DNA from: Candidatus Poribacteria bacterium
Lineage (GTDB): Bacteria; Poribacteria; WGA-4E; WGA-3G
Direction: 5' to 3'
DNA: 64,000 bases
Assembly: GCA_963663765.2 (NCBI GenBank)
Contig: CAXXUA010000006.1
Span: 320,001-384,000 of the forward strand
Both the position numbers and the translations under genes were made by a program. Below the pieces are notes generated by a model that made no database searches, was not told where the DNA came from, and was given only the letters and a program-made list of their open reading frames with translations. Numbering within the stretch: position 1 is the stretch's first letter; each line of letters starts with the position of its first letter. Of this stretch, positions 33,449 through 43,498 are shown in pieces.

Positions 33449-35317
33449 ATGCCAACAAAACACACACGTAACACAGTACACATAACACTATACCTACTGC
33501 TTTTCAGCCTATCTACCTTATTCGCGCAAACCCCCGATACCTCTGTCGATCTACCCGACGGTGCAAAAGCACAGCTCGGTAAAGGACACATACACGAAGT
33601 CAAATATAGTCCAGACGGCACGCAGCTTGTAGTCGCAACAGAACTTGGCATCTGGATATATGACGCATTCAAACATAAACCCATTCACTGGCTCACTAAA
33701 CACAACTATCCTATCCTACAAATCGTTTTTAGTCCGGATGGCAACCTGTTCGCAAGTAAGGATAATAGGTCGCATGTCCACCTATGGGACAGCAAAACAG
33801 GCGAACACAAATATAAACTTGACAATAAAGAATTTATCATAGAAATGGTTTTCACCACAGATTTAGACGCCATCATGACAGTAAACACTATCGGGCAAGT
33901 GATCTATTGGGATACTGAGACAGGTGAAAAGAAGAAAGAGATCGCACAGATAGATGAAATAAAAGAAGGTCTTTTCAGATGTATCATCAGTCCCAAAGTC
34001 TTTCTACTCGCAACCTCACATCAACACAACGTGGTAGAGTTATGGGACATATTAACAGGTGAAAACACGCATACACTTGAGGGACATGAAGCCACCCCGC
34101 TCAAACTGGCATTCAGCCCGGATGGTGCAACATTGGTCAGCTCAGGATTGGACGGGAATGCCCGAATCTGGAACACAGATACTGGCAAACAGAAACACAC
34201 CATTGGAGATCAAAACATCGCGTTTATGAGCCTCGCGTTCAGTCCCGATGGCGGTGTATTCGCCACAGGTGACTTTTTCGGTGTTATCAACATCTATCAG
34301 TCAGACAGCGGCAAACGTTTAAAGAGGCATCTAATACATCAAGATATGGTAGAAACCATAGACTTCAGCCCGGATTTACGCACCGCTGCAAGTGCCAGTT
34401 TGGACGGCACACTCAGCTTATGGAATGTCGGCTCCGGTAAAAAGATGCACACCTATGACGATCACTTAGGTGGGTTCGCCTGTTTCGCCTACAGCCCGGA
34501 TGGCAAAACCATCGTCTCTCCGAGTTTGGATCGTACCGTGTGGCTGTGGAACGCTACCACCACCAAGATAAACAGCAGCTTTCACAAAGAGGGTTACTTC
34601 AAAGTCGCTGACGTTGCGTTCAGTCCGGATGGCAAAACCATCGCCACCGCCAGTTACGGAGATTACATCATGCTGTGGGATGCGAAAACGGGTGACCGGA
34701 AGAGTAGGTTGCAGGGACATGAGTCCGATGCGTTGAGTGTGACCTTTAGTCCGGACGGCAAAACCATCGCCACTGGCAGTGCTGATAACACCGTCCGTCT
34801 CTGGGATACCGAAACAGGTCAACACAAGCACACGTTCAAAGGACATACGAACAAAGTCAATGAAGTTGTATATCATCCGGATGGTAAAACCATTATCACT
34901 GGCAGTGATGATAGGACAGTCCGCCACTGGAATGCTGACACAGGCGAACAGAACCACATGCATTTACGTGCAAATGCTATCTCCAGTCTCACCTATAGTT
35001 CTGATGGGAAAACCATCGCAATCGCAGACAGCACAAAAACCATCGTTCTATGGAATGGCAACATCAACTCAGCAAAGAAAACGCTTGTAAAACAAGAGGA
35101 AAATGTCACCAGTCTCGCTTTTAGTCCGGATGGGAAACACCTTGTGACCGGCAGTCCCACAGGCAAGGTCCGCGTATTAGAAGCGACGACAGGCAACGCA
35201 ATTCGCTTGTATGCAGGGCACCGCACCACAGTAGAGAACGTTGCGTTCGCCTCCGATGGCAAAACCTTCGCTAGCCAGTGTGAAAAAGGCATCCTCATGC
35301 TGTGGAATGCGCCGTAA
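33449..35317 (+). CDS. secreted WD40 repeat protein
   Basis: Signal peptide, 'LPDGAKAQLGKG', multiple WD repeats; distant relative of the five-gene cluster. Confidence 0.92.
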   Translation: MPTKHTRNTVHITLYLLLFSLSTLFAQTPDTSVDLPDGAKAQLGKGHIHEVKYSPDGTQLVVATELGIWIYDAFKHKPIHWLTKHNYPILQIVFSPDGNLFASKDNRSHVHLWDSKTGEHKYKLDNKEFIIEMVFTTDLDAIMTVNTIGQVIYWDTETGEKKKEIAQIDEIKEGLFRCIISPKVFLLATSHQHNVVELWDILTGENTHTLEGHEATPLKLAFSPDGATLVSSGLDGNARIWNTDTGKQKHTIGDQNIAFMSLAFSPDGGVFATGDFFGVINIYQSDSGKRLKRHLIHQDMVETIDFSPDLRTAASASLDGTLSLWNVGSGKKMHTYDDHLGGFACFAYSPDGKTIVSPSLDRTVWLWNATTTKINSSFHKEGYFKVADVAFSPDGKTIATASYGDYIMLWDAKTGDRKSRLQGHESDALSVTFSPDGKTIATGSADNTVRLWDTETGQHKHTFKGHTNKVNEVVYHPDGKTIITGSDDRTVRHWNADTGEQNHMHLRANAISSLTYSSDGKTIAIADSTKTIVLWNGNINSAKKTLVKQEENVTSLAFSPDGKHLVTGSPTGKVRVLEATTGNAIRLYAGHRTTVENVAFASDGKTFASQCEKGILMLWNAP

Positions 35318-35575
35318 TCGTCCACCCATGGTAGGCCGGGAATCATGCAGATTACCCATAGGTGTCAACTTAAGAAAAAAGTGTTGGCATATTCTCTTTT
35401 GGTAGGTGTTTTCAACCCCATAGGTGTCAACTTAAGAAAAAGTCAAGTGCTAAATACCCCATCCCGGTAGGCGTGCTTTGTAAGTGCGCCGATAAACACA
35501 CGATTGGCAACGGCGCGCTTACAAAGCACGCCTACCGTTGGGGGCGCGCTTACAAAGCACGCCTACCACTGAGGG

Positions 35576-37232
35576 CTTTCTTTTACCCATAAGTTTTCAG
35601 CTATAGTGTCTATCAAGGTTGTTTAGCTGGTATTGTTTTGTCCAGCCGCTTGAAAGAGAGCATAGGTGGCAGCAATATCAGAAAGCCTTTTCCATCCTCG
35701 CCAGATAACAGTCACCCCCGGATTGCCATCGGACTTGCGTGCTAAAAATCCACCGAGTTTAGCAATCCAGACAACGACTTCAGACACTCTCGGTATTTTT
35801 TCGGGTAAAATTTGGGTCTTATGCGTTATACAGTAAAGTGCTTGCCATTCTATCTCTGTCAACACGCTCGTGCAATCTACATCCGGTGAGTGCCGATTGA
35901 TGTGGGTCAGCCAGTAAAGTCGCCACGCAATTACACTCAGCAATGCGATATAGCGTTCAAGCCGGTCTTTGGTCTGCAAACGAACTGCCTCCGCCTTCAT
36001 CCCAGATTTGAGCACTTTAAAATAAACTTCAATGTGCCAGCGTTGGCGATACCAGCTTATCCTTTCAACCGCATCGGCGAAGTCCGACACTTCTACATTT
36101 GTTATCAGAAGCCATTCCAAGGGCGTAGCACCCTCAGGCGGGTTTTTCTCTACTACCCATACAAGATACACATCTACAGCAGGCAACTCTTGTGATCGTG
36201 ATGCTTGTGAACGATGTGGTGGGCGAAGCGTCGCTGTTGTAAAATGGACACTCAAGGTCGCCTCACGAGCAGGTTGAGACGCACGCACTGGCACTTGTGC
36301 CGTAATCTCGCCAATAACAGGTTGACTTCTCACCAAATCACTCAGTTTACCGACATCAGCAGCAACCACACGATCCTGAGCCGCGCGTATCACAAAAGGC
36401 AGTTCTTTTGCCTCTACGAAAAACTCGTAAATATCTGCTTCACGATCACACACACAAATCACCTCAACATCTGCTAATGTGTCTGAACGCAACGCTGATA
36501 ATGCCTCAATCCATTTGTAGCTCTCTTTTTCTATGAGCGGTCTGAACTTAGGGGCACTTTGAACGGAGGGTTCGCGAACCCAAACTTTATCTGTCAGACA
36601 CCCTAACGGAAGACCCGCATCACTTACAATGAGGGTCGTGTGTTTGACAAGTCCCTGAATCTGTTGAGACTTGGTGCCGATTGAACCTAAACCCTCTGTT
36701 GCTGGGTGATCAGTGTAATTAAGAAAAGTCGTATCTTGTATCGCAAAAACACGACGATTTTTACACATCCGTTCAAGTGTTCTTTCAAAATGCGGTTTGA
36801 ATATCTTTTCCGATGAGACTTTTTCATTGTCAATTAAACGATAGGCTGCTTTCACTGACGCCCAATCGCCACACGCAGCGTTGATCGCCGAACCGGGTTG
36901 TGCCTCTAAAGCCTCCGCAATGCTGAGCAGCCGTTCATTGAGACGCATATCTCCCAAATCAAGACCTTCAAACTCTTGACGGCTCCAAGATGCAGATAAC
37001 TCTTGATCGTTTTCAGGATTGTGTAAAGACATCATTCACTCCTATAGCATAAGCGTAATAAATGTTTATCGACTTTGTAAATATCACTTTTGAACATAAC
37101 ATATTTGCTTTTGCTATGCAAGGAATATTAGAACTGACTTGAAAACTATACCATCTTTACCAAAACAACAGACATAACTCAACAAAAAAGAAGATGTTTA
37201 CTCAATACATCAAACTTATGGGTAAAAGTAAG
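35576..37232 (-). mobile_element. IS4-family (IS50/Tn5-like) insertion sequence
   Basis: Terminal inverted repeats ctttcttttacccataag / cttatgggtaaaagtaag; 9-bp target duplication cactgaggg (35567-35575, 37233-37241). Confidence 0.92.
35623..37035 (-). CDS. IS4 family transposase
   Basis: 'LGDMRLNERL', 'IQDTT', 'DREADIYE', 'WYRQRWHIEVYFKVLKSG' (YREK), 'LGGFLARKSDGNPG..WRGW'. Confidence 0.95.
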   Translation of the reverse strand: MMSLHNPENDQELSASWSRQEFEGLDLGDMRLNERLLSIAEALEAQPGSAINAACGDWASVKAAYRLIDNEKVSSEKIFKPHFERTLERMCKNRRVFAIQDTTFLNYTDHPATEGLGSIGTKSQQIQGLVKHTTLIVSDAGLPLGCLTDKVWVREPSVQSAPKFRPLIEKESYKWIEALSALRSDTLADVEVICVCDREADIYEFFVEAKELPFVIRAAQDRVVAADVGKLSDLVRSQPVIGEITAQVPVRASQPAREATLSVHFTTATLRPPHRSQASRSQELPAVDVYLVWVVEKNPPEGATPLEWLLITNVEVSDFADAVERISWYRQRWHIEVYFKVLKSGMKAEAVRLQTKDRLERYIALLSVIAWRLYWLTHINRHSPDVDCTSVLTEIEWQALYCITHKTQILPEKIPRVSEVVVWIAKLGGFLARKSDGNPGVTVIWRGWKRLSDIAATYALFQAAGQNNTS

Positions 37233-37241
37233 CACTGAGGG

Positions 37242-37975
37242 AAGGGGCGCGCTTACAAAGCACGCCTACAATCGGGGGAAGGGGCGCGCTTACAAAGCAC
37301 GCCTACCGTTGGGGGAAGGGGCGCGCTTACAAAGCACGCCTACCATTGAGGGAAGGAGCGCGCTTACAAAGCACGCCTACCATTGGGGAACATTGGGGGA
37401 AGGGGCGCGCTTACAAAGCACGCCTACCATTGGGGAAGGAGCGCGCTTACAAAGCACGCCTACAATCGGGGGAAGGGGCGCGCTTACAAAGCACGCCTAC
37501 CATTGAGGGAAGGGGCGCGCTTACAAAGCACGCCTACCATTGAGGGAAGGGGCGCGCTTACAAAGCACGCCTACCATTGAAGGAAGGGGCGCGCTTACAA
37601 AGCACGCCTACCATTGAGGGAAGGGGCGCGCTTACAAAGCACGCCTACAATCGGGGGAAGGGGCGCGCTTACAAAGCACGCCTACCATTGGGGGCGCGCT
37701 TACAAAGCACGCCTACCATTGGGGGAAGGAGCGCGCTTACAAAGCACGCCTACCACTGAGGGAAGGGGCGCGCTTACAAAGCACGCCTACCATTGAGGGA
37801 AGGGGCGCGCTTACAAAGCACGCCTACAATCGGGGGAAGGGGCGCGCTTACAAAGCACGCCTACCGTTGGGGGCGCGCTTACAAAGCACGCCTACCATTG
37901 GGGGAAGGAGCGCGCTTACAAAGCACGCCTACCACTGAGGGAAGGGGCGCGCTTACAAAGCACGCCTACCGTTGG
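37242..37975. repeat. tandem REP array (ggcgcgcttacaaagcacgcctac + short G-rich linkers)
   Basis: About 20 units of ~31-37 bp. Confidence 0.9.
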
Positions 37976-38256
37976 GTGCGTAAGTTCTGTACAATTAAGT
38001 TTACACTTTTTCTGTAGGTGGGGAATGCAAATAGGCGAATGCGCGTATGGCATTCGCCATGATTCATACCGTTGAATGCGATCTCTGAATAGCGACTGAA
38101 CGTCTTGATAGTCGGGAATCGGAATTCCCTCCTACCCCTGAAAGTGTAAAAATAATTCTAAAATCCACTATAATATCAGGGTTTCTACAAAAACTTTACA
38201 CACCCGGATTTCAATCTTACATTGACAATGGTGCGTTTATGTGTCAATATTAACAG

Positions 38257-38413
38257 CAGGACTTACGCAGTTTTCATGATTTGATGAAGAATTATGAGGA
38301 AAATGGTGTAATTTTCAACATTTTTTCGGTTTCCAGCGCCAAATTAACGGTATGAATGCCTTTTGGCATTCCCCGCCTACAAAGCGCGCCTACCGTTGGG
38401 TACGTAAGTCCTG
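38257..38413. mobile_element. MITE with IS701-like ends
   Basis: caggacttacg...cgtaagtcctg ends match those of the IS at 38911-40001; 5-bp duplication aacag. Confidence 0.8.
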
Positions 38414-38464
38414 AACAGCATACGAATACTAATATTGAACTACACGCAAGGGGAAAATAATCCG

Positions 38465-38854
38465 ATGAAAAACCTTATCCATATTGATGACCAGAAAGAA
38501 TATACGCTTACAGAGTTTGCACAGATAGTAAGACGTGCGTTATCTGCTGCCGCAAATGAATGTCCGGACAACGAATATGTATATCCCGGCCGCGAGGTTT
38601 ATTTCGCTGTGTTTGACCTGCTGGGGTATGTCAATCAACGCGTGCAAGGCGAGTTTCGTCTGATACAACCGAAACATAAGGAGTATCAGATACTGTATGT
38701 GCCAGAGAAGTCTGCTCGGAACGAAGCGAATAAACCGCTGATGCATTCGCGGAAGGAAACCGCGAAATTGCTGGAACAGATGACAGGCAGACGTCCAAAT
38801 TGGGCGGACTCGCAACCGAGACGTCCGGAGGATAGTGAGATAGAAGATGGCTAA
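38465..38854 (+). CDS. hypothetical protein (possibly phage-derived)
   Basis: ATG ORF with purine-rich RBS; overlaps the start of the next (interrupted) gene. Confidence 0.6.
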   Translation: MKNLIHIDDQKEYTLTEFAQIVRRALSAAANECPDNEYVYPGREVYFAVFDLLGYVNQRVQGEFRLIQPKHKEYQILYVPEKSARNEANKPLMHSRKETAKLLEQMTGRRPNWADSQPRRPEDSEIEDG

Positions 38855-38910
38855 GAAGTACGACTTGTGCCAGTTAACCCATTGTTTTCAAAGTTATTAC
38901 ATATATTAGG

Positions 38911-40001
38911 CAGGACTTACGCAGTCTCAAAGATTATCGATGGATTTGAGAGTTGATATCGCATATAATCATCCAATAAACTTTGTTTAAGTTCATAAAT
39001 TGTTTTGCCAAGTTTACGCGCAACACGTTTCAAACAGACCCATATTTGAAAACAACAGGCAATATGATTTCTTTGGGCACGCAACTTGCGACATTGACAT
39101 TTGCCAATACCCGTGACTTGTTTGATCTCACGATGGAGTTGTTCAATCTTCCAACGCATACGACATTCTTGGTGTGCCGCATCCGCATCCGATTGAGATA
39201 AATCGTTTGTCACAATATATTCCGTGCGCCCGGTAGAGGAGGCTATCCGGAACAACTTTACTTGATACCCTTTTGGAAACTTCTTGATGTGCACGCTTTT
39301 CCCTTGCCGGATTTCTGTCCGGGTCCAAGATAGGTCTTGGACTTGTTGGTGCGGTTGCTCGCCATCCGTATCGTTTACAAGACGATTTCGTTTCAGGGGT
39401 ACGTAGTAAATCTTAGAAAGTTTTTCAATCGCTTTCATAACTTGCATGGAGGCATACCAAGTATCCATTAGCACCGTCCGAAACGGTAACTGTTTTTTAG
39501 AGTAAGCGTTGTGCAACATTTCCAGTAAATGGTCTATTTTGGTTTTACCATCATGATCTATGTCATAAATACGGTAATCAATAATCCAATACTCTTCTGT
39601 CTTTGGATTGACATAGATACACGTCACAATACCAATGCCTTTAACGACTTTTTTGTCGCTACCACTCCACTGAGAACGGAGGACCTCAATCTCTTTCGCA
39701 TAGAGTTTAGGTAGCACAACATCGTCAAAAACAATGTAGCCATCATCATCAAACTCAATGTCGTTTTTGACCGAGTTCCAAAGTTCATTCGCGGGGATGT
39801 TTTCACCGCTCAGAAACCGATTGATTTGATCGTGGCTCCACTTATCAGTATGGTCTGCCATATAGGTTTGTGTAAAGTTTGTAAAACTTGATAACAAAAA
39901 TTGACAATAATCTGAATATAAACTTTGTTTCTTTTCGGAAAGTGTAAATGTAATCATAATGGAATAGTATAGCACAAATCTATTATAGTGCGTAAGTCCT
40001 G
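38911..40001 (-). mobile_element. IS701-family insertion sequence
   Basis: Inverted repeats caggacttacgca / tgcgtaagtcctg; 5-bp duplication ttagg. Confidence 0.9.
38917..39975 (-). CDS. IS701 family transposase (DDE)
   Basis: 'YCQFLLSS', 'SHDQINRFL', 'VFDDVVLPK', 'VLMDTWYA', 'RWKIEQLHREIKQVTGI..CQCR..RAQRNHI'. Confidence 0.92.
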   Translation of the reverse strand: MLYYSIMITFTLSEKKQSLYSDYCQFLLSSFTNFTQTYMADHTDKWSHDQINRFLSGENIPANELWNSVKNDIEFDDDGYIVFDDVVLPKLYAKEIEVLRSQWSGSDKKVVKGIGIVTCIYVNPKTEEYWIIDYRIYDIDHDGKTKIDHLLEMLHNAYSKKQLPFRTVLMDTWYASMQVMKAIEKLSKIYYVPLKRNRLVNDTDGEQPHQQVQDLSWTRTEIRQGKSVHIKKFPKGYQVKLFRIASSTGRTEYIVTNDLSQSDADAAHQECRMRWKIEQLHREIKQVTGIGKCQCRKLRAQRNHIACCFQIWVCLKRVARKLGKTIYELKQSLLDDYMRYQLSNPSIIFETA

Positions 40002-40808
40002 TTAGGTTTATAATGCATACATATCGTCCCTACGGGACTAAAGAGGATGTACTATGCCGTTTTTCTATAAACATATCGTCCCTACGGGACTAAAGATCGT
40101 TTCAAACTATGAAGGACACCTGCAAAACGCCATGCTTATGTGAAACAATGATTAACGTATAGTTATTTAGCACAATTCGTTAAGAAGTATGCGAATATGC
40201 CGTTTGCACAGATCACACAGCAGGAAGCGGAGAACCTGAACAAGAATAGAGCCTCTGGGGCAACTTGAGCAGTCTTCGCATTCTTGAAGATGAACTTCAA
40301 TACGAAAAACGGTATGCTGACGACGACTATCGGTGATGATGCGATCAACTACCAGACGATTGCGAACCGGTTGGGGTATCACCGGACGATTATTCGGCGG
40401 TCAGTGCATTGGTTAAATCGGCATCAGATGGTAAATACATACTTGGACAAATTTTTGCGGGGCGTGTCCATAATGTCCTTCCTTCCCCGCAGTCACAGCA
40501 AAATGAGAAGAAAAAATAAAATGTATACTTGTATATTGTCTGAACCAGGATTTACAGGATTAGGGTTTTGAGGAATTAAATCCATCGCGTTGGTAGGAGC
40601 GACCCGGGGAATGCCTTGGGCGAATGCGCTTGGTAGATTACGCGTATGGTATTCTACATGATTCGCCATGATTCATACCTTTGATTTACCTGTCGCGATT
40701 GTCTCGGTACTTGTCCTTCGCAGGTGATGACTGACCGCTGATGGTTATTACCGTTTCTATTCCAAACTGGTGCGATTAGAAGTTTTCCTTTTTGCAGATT
40801 TGTTAAAT

Positions 40809-41135
40809 TTATTTTTTATTGGAGCTGGTTGGTATATTTTTGAAATTAATCCCGATACTAATGACTATCCCTGTTTTTACTTCAACGATGTATGTATGAT
40901 ATTCATGAATTTTACGTTCTTTTGTTTGAGTTTCATATTCAAACTGATAGGCTTTTAGTGTGAGTTCTTCATTGACCAATCGGGGTGTTGAATACTCATA
41001 TCCTTTATAGAACACTTTAACGTGATCTATATGTTGTCCTATGAAGTTATCTTGATGTGTTTTTTCAAAGACTGGGGGATTTGTGGTGCAACTGAAAAGT
41101 GTGAGTATACAGAGTATTAATATTATTTGACGCAT
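40809..41135 (-). CDS. small lipoprotein (paralog B)
   Basis: Lipobox 'LFSC'; RBS gagg; near-identical N-terminus to 41157-41495. Confidence 0.82.
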   Translation of the reverse strand: MRQIILILCILTLFSCTTNPPVFEKTHQDNFIGQHIDHVKVFYKGYEYSTPRLVNEELTLKAYQFEYETQTKERKIHEYHTYIVEVKTGIVISIGINFKNIPTSSNKK

Positions 41136-41156
41136 TTGGTTTTACCTCTATGTTGG

Positions 41157-41495
41157 TTATTTTTTATTGAAACTGGTTGGTCGGTTTTTCATTATGTTTT
41201 TGTATTCAACACCAACGGTAATGACTTTTCCTGTTTTTACTTCAACGATGTATGTATGATATTCATGAATTCTACGTTCTTTTGTTTGAGTTTCATATTC
41301 AAACAGATAGCCTTTTCGTGTGCTATCTCTATCGACCCATCGGGGTGTTGGGTGTTTATATTCTTTATAGAACTCTTTAACGTTATCTATATGTTGTCCT
41401 ATGAAGTTATTTTGGTGTCTATTTTCAAAGATTGAGGGATTTGTGGTGCAACTGAAAAGTGTGAGTATGCAGAGTATTAATATAGTTTGACGCAT
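41157..41495 (-). CDS. small lipoprotein (paralog A)
   Basis: Lipobox 'LFSC'; RBS gagg. Confidence 0.82.
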   Translation of the reverse strand: MRQTILILCILTLFSCTTNPSIFENRHQNNFIGQHIDNVKEFYKEYKHPTPRWVDRDSTRKGYLFEYETQTKERRIHEYHTYIVEVKTGKVITVGVEYKNIMKNRPTSFNKK

Positions 41496-41680
41496 TTGGT
41501 TTTACCTCTATGTTGTTATTTTCTGAGTAATTATTATAATATATTTATGCAGAACTGATTTCATATTTGTATAGGTTTGTTTCTATTCCAAACTGATTCA
41601 ATTAGATAGAAGAAAACCCCTGCCCCTCATCAAAGGGGTAAGAGCAAAAGTTTCTATTCCAAATTAGTTCGATTAGAAAG

Positions 41681-41815
41681 ACATCCAAAAACTATATTAA
41701 TATAATAACTTACCCGCTCGGTACTTGTCAAGTCAATTTTGGTTTTGCTCGGATTTTTGGGGTGTTTGCTGTCGACCTCCAATCGTGCAAAATCTCTGGG
41801 AGGTTGACAGCAGAG
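41681..41815 (-). promoter_or_regulatory. CRISPR leader/promoter of the mini-array
   Basis: Minus strand ctgctgtcaacctcccagagattttgcacgattggaggtcgacagcaaa matches main leader 56743-56792; TTGACA-N18-TATTAT promoter. Confidence 0.75.
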
Positions 41816-42469
41816 TTGTTGGATGTATACACGTATAAATGTATACACACGACTTGTGTCAGTTAACCCATTGTTTTCAAAGTTATTACATATATTAGGT
41901 TTATAATGCGCACATATCGTCCCTACCAAATCAACCCCAAATGCGCCAAATCAACGGTATGAATGCCATTAAGGCATTCCCCGTATGGCATTTGTCGGGA
42001 CTGAAGATCGTTTCAAACTATGAAGGACACCTGCAAAACGTTATGCTTATGTGAAACAATGATTAACATATAGTTATTTAGCACAACTCGTTAATATTAT
42101 ATATGAACGGGTGAGGTGTTTGGGAGGTTTTTTGGATGTTGTTTATTGGGATTTCATATAGATATACAACGGATAATCAATTGACTGGATTGTCTGAACC
42201 AGGATTTTCAGGATTATGAGTTTTGCTCGTTATGGTGCGAATCACAAGTAATACCATTTTCATGTGATAATGTCTCATTAGCAGCGGAAATCTGGTAGGA
42301 GCGACCTCACGGTCGCGACCGGGAGGTCGCTCCTACCGAAGAGAGTAACCCCCTGCCAGTATACAGTAGAATTCCTTAATGAGACAAGATTTATTTGAAT
42401 TGGTATAAGGATAAACGCACATCATATATACCTGGATTTTTTCTGAACCAGGATTTTCAAATCAAGAAA

Positions 42470-42762
42470 TCAAGAAATCAACGGTATGAATGCCATTTAG
42501 GCATTCCCCCAAATCAACGGTATGAATGCCATTTAGGCATTCCCCCAAATCAACGGTATGAATGCCATTTAGGCATTCCCCCAAATCAACGGTATGAATG
42601 CCATTTAGGCATTCCCCCAAATCAACGGTATGAATGCCATTTAGGCATTCCCCCAAATCAACGGTATGAATGCCATTTAGGCATTCCCCCAAATCAACGG
42701 TATGAATGCCATTTAGGCATTCCCCCAAATCAACGGTATGAATGCCATTTAGGCATTCCCCG
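42470..42762. repeat. tandem array of 36-bp mini-element (~8 copies)
   Basis: caaatcaacggtatgaatgccatttaggcattcccc head-to-tail. Confidence 0.92.
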
Positions 42763-43234
42763 GGTATGAATGCTATAAAGCATTCCCCCAAATCAACGCC
42801 AAATGCGCCTATGGCATTCGTCGGGTATGAATGCCTTATGGCATTCCCCGGGATTTCCAAATTTCCGGGATTATGAGTTTTGCTGTTTCTGCTGGTAATG
42901 AAAAGTGAGCATAAACGCCCATCATATATACCTGGATGTGGAAAATCCTGTTAATCTGGTAATCCTGATAAACATGGTTCAGAAAAATAAAACCCGCGAA
43001 CGGTCGCGACCAGGAGGTCGCTCCTACCAACGCGGGGAGTGTAATGCGTGTAATCCGCGATTCCGAACATATTTTCCATACCTGGATGTGGTAAATCCTG
43101 TAAATCTGGTGATCCTGTGAATCCTGGTTCAGAAAAATAAAACCCGCAAACGGTCGCGACCAGGAGGTCGCTCCTACCACTGCGGGGAGTGTAATGCGTG
43201 TAATCCGCGATTCCGAACATATTCCCCATATCAG

Positions 43235-43417
43235 GGGTGTGTAAAGTTTTGGTTACTGTGCGTAGGGGCGGGGTCTCCCCGCCCGAAAAGAGGTCTTACG
43301 CGGGCGAGGAAACCTCGCCCCTACGATGTCCACAGTTCCCTAACGTCAAGCAAGTTTTGATAGTAACTGGACGGACTTCTTTTAATATTAGAGTTCTACA
43401 AAACACTTTACACACCC
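43235..43417. mobile_element. MITE (gggtgtgtaaag...ctttacacaccc) carrying an inverted GTAG REP pair
   Basis: Terminal inverted repeats, 9-bp duplication ccatatcag; related element at ~54483-54832. Confidence 0.78.
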
Positions 43418-43498
43418 CCATATCAGAAGATACTTGACTTTTTCACCGACCTTTTGTATATTTTGGTAGCAATATTCAGAGAAAAGGAACAAACATAC

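Larger units (their letters stand above)
38860..40180. mobile_element. MITE (acgacttgtgc...gcacaa(c/t)tcgt) containing nested IS701
   Basis: Terminal inverted repeats and 8-9 bp duplication; IS-free copies at ~41850-42091 and ~46175-46546. Confidence 0.8.
38847..40571 (+). pseudogene. interrupted HTH-like gene (MAKKYANMPFAQ...YQTIANRLGYHRTIIRRSV...)
   Basis: ATG 38847 is split by the MITE at 38860-40180 (duplication taagaagt); the frame resumes after it, with an in-frame TGA at 40266. Confidence 0.6.
40753..41680 (-). CRISPR. degenerate CRISPR mini-array (3 repeats) enclosing two genes
   Basis: Reverse-complement matches to the main repeat at 41650-41680, 41579-41608 and 40753-40782 (about 2-5 differences); ~41-nt spacer between the first two. 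Confidence 0.8.

Noticed and set aside
37242-38017. CRISPR-like array next to the IS4 transposase
   Set aside because: REP units with recurring 7-13 nt linkers; not spacers
40266-40268. In-frame TGA as a second selenocysteine candidate
   Set aside because: The gene is already disrupted by a MITE, there is no Cys-containing paralog for comparison, and no clear hairpin follows; more likely nonsense decay
41743-41750. 8-nt match between the mini-array spacer 5' end (ttttgctc) and its own leader
   Set aside because: Too short to distinguish from chance, and no convincing PAM
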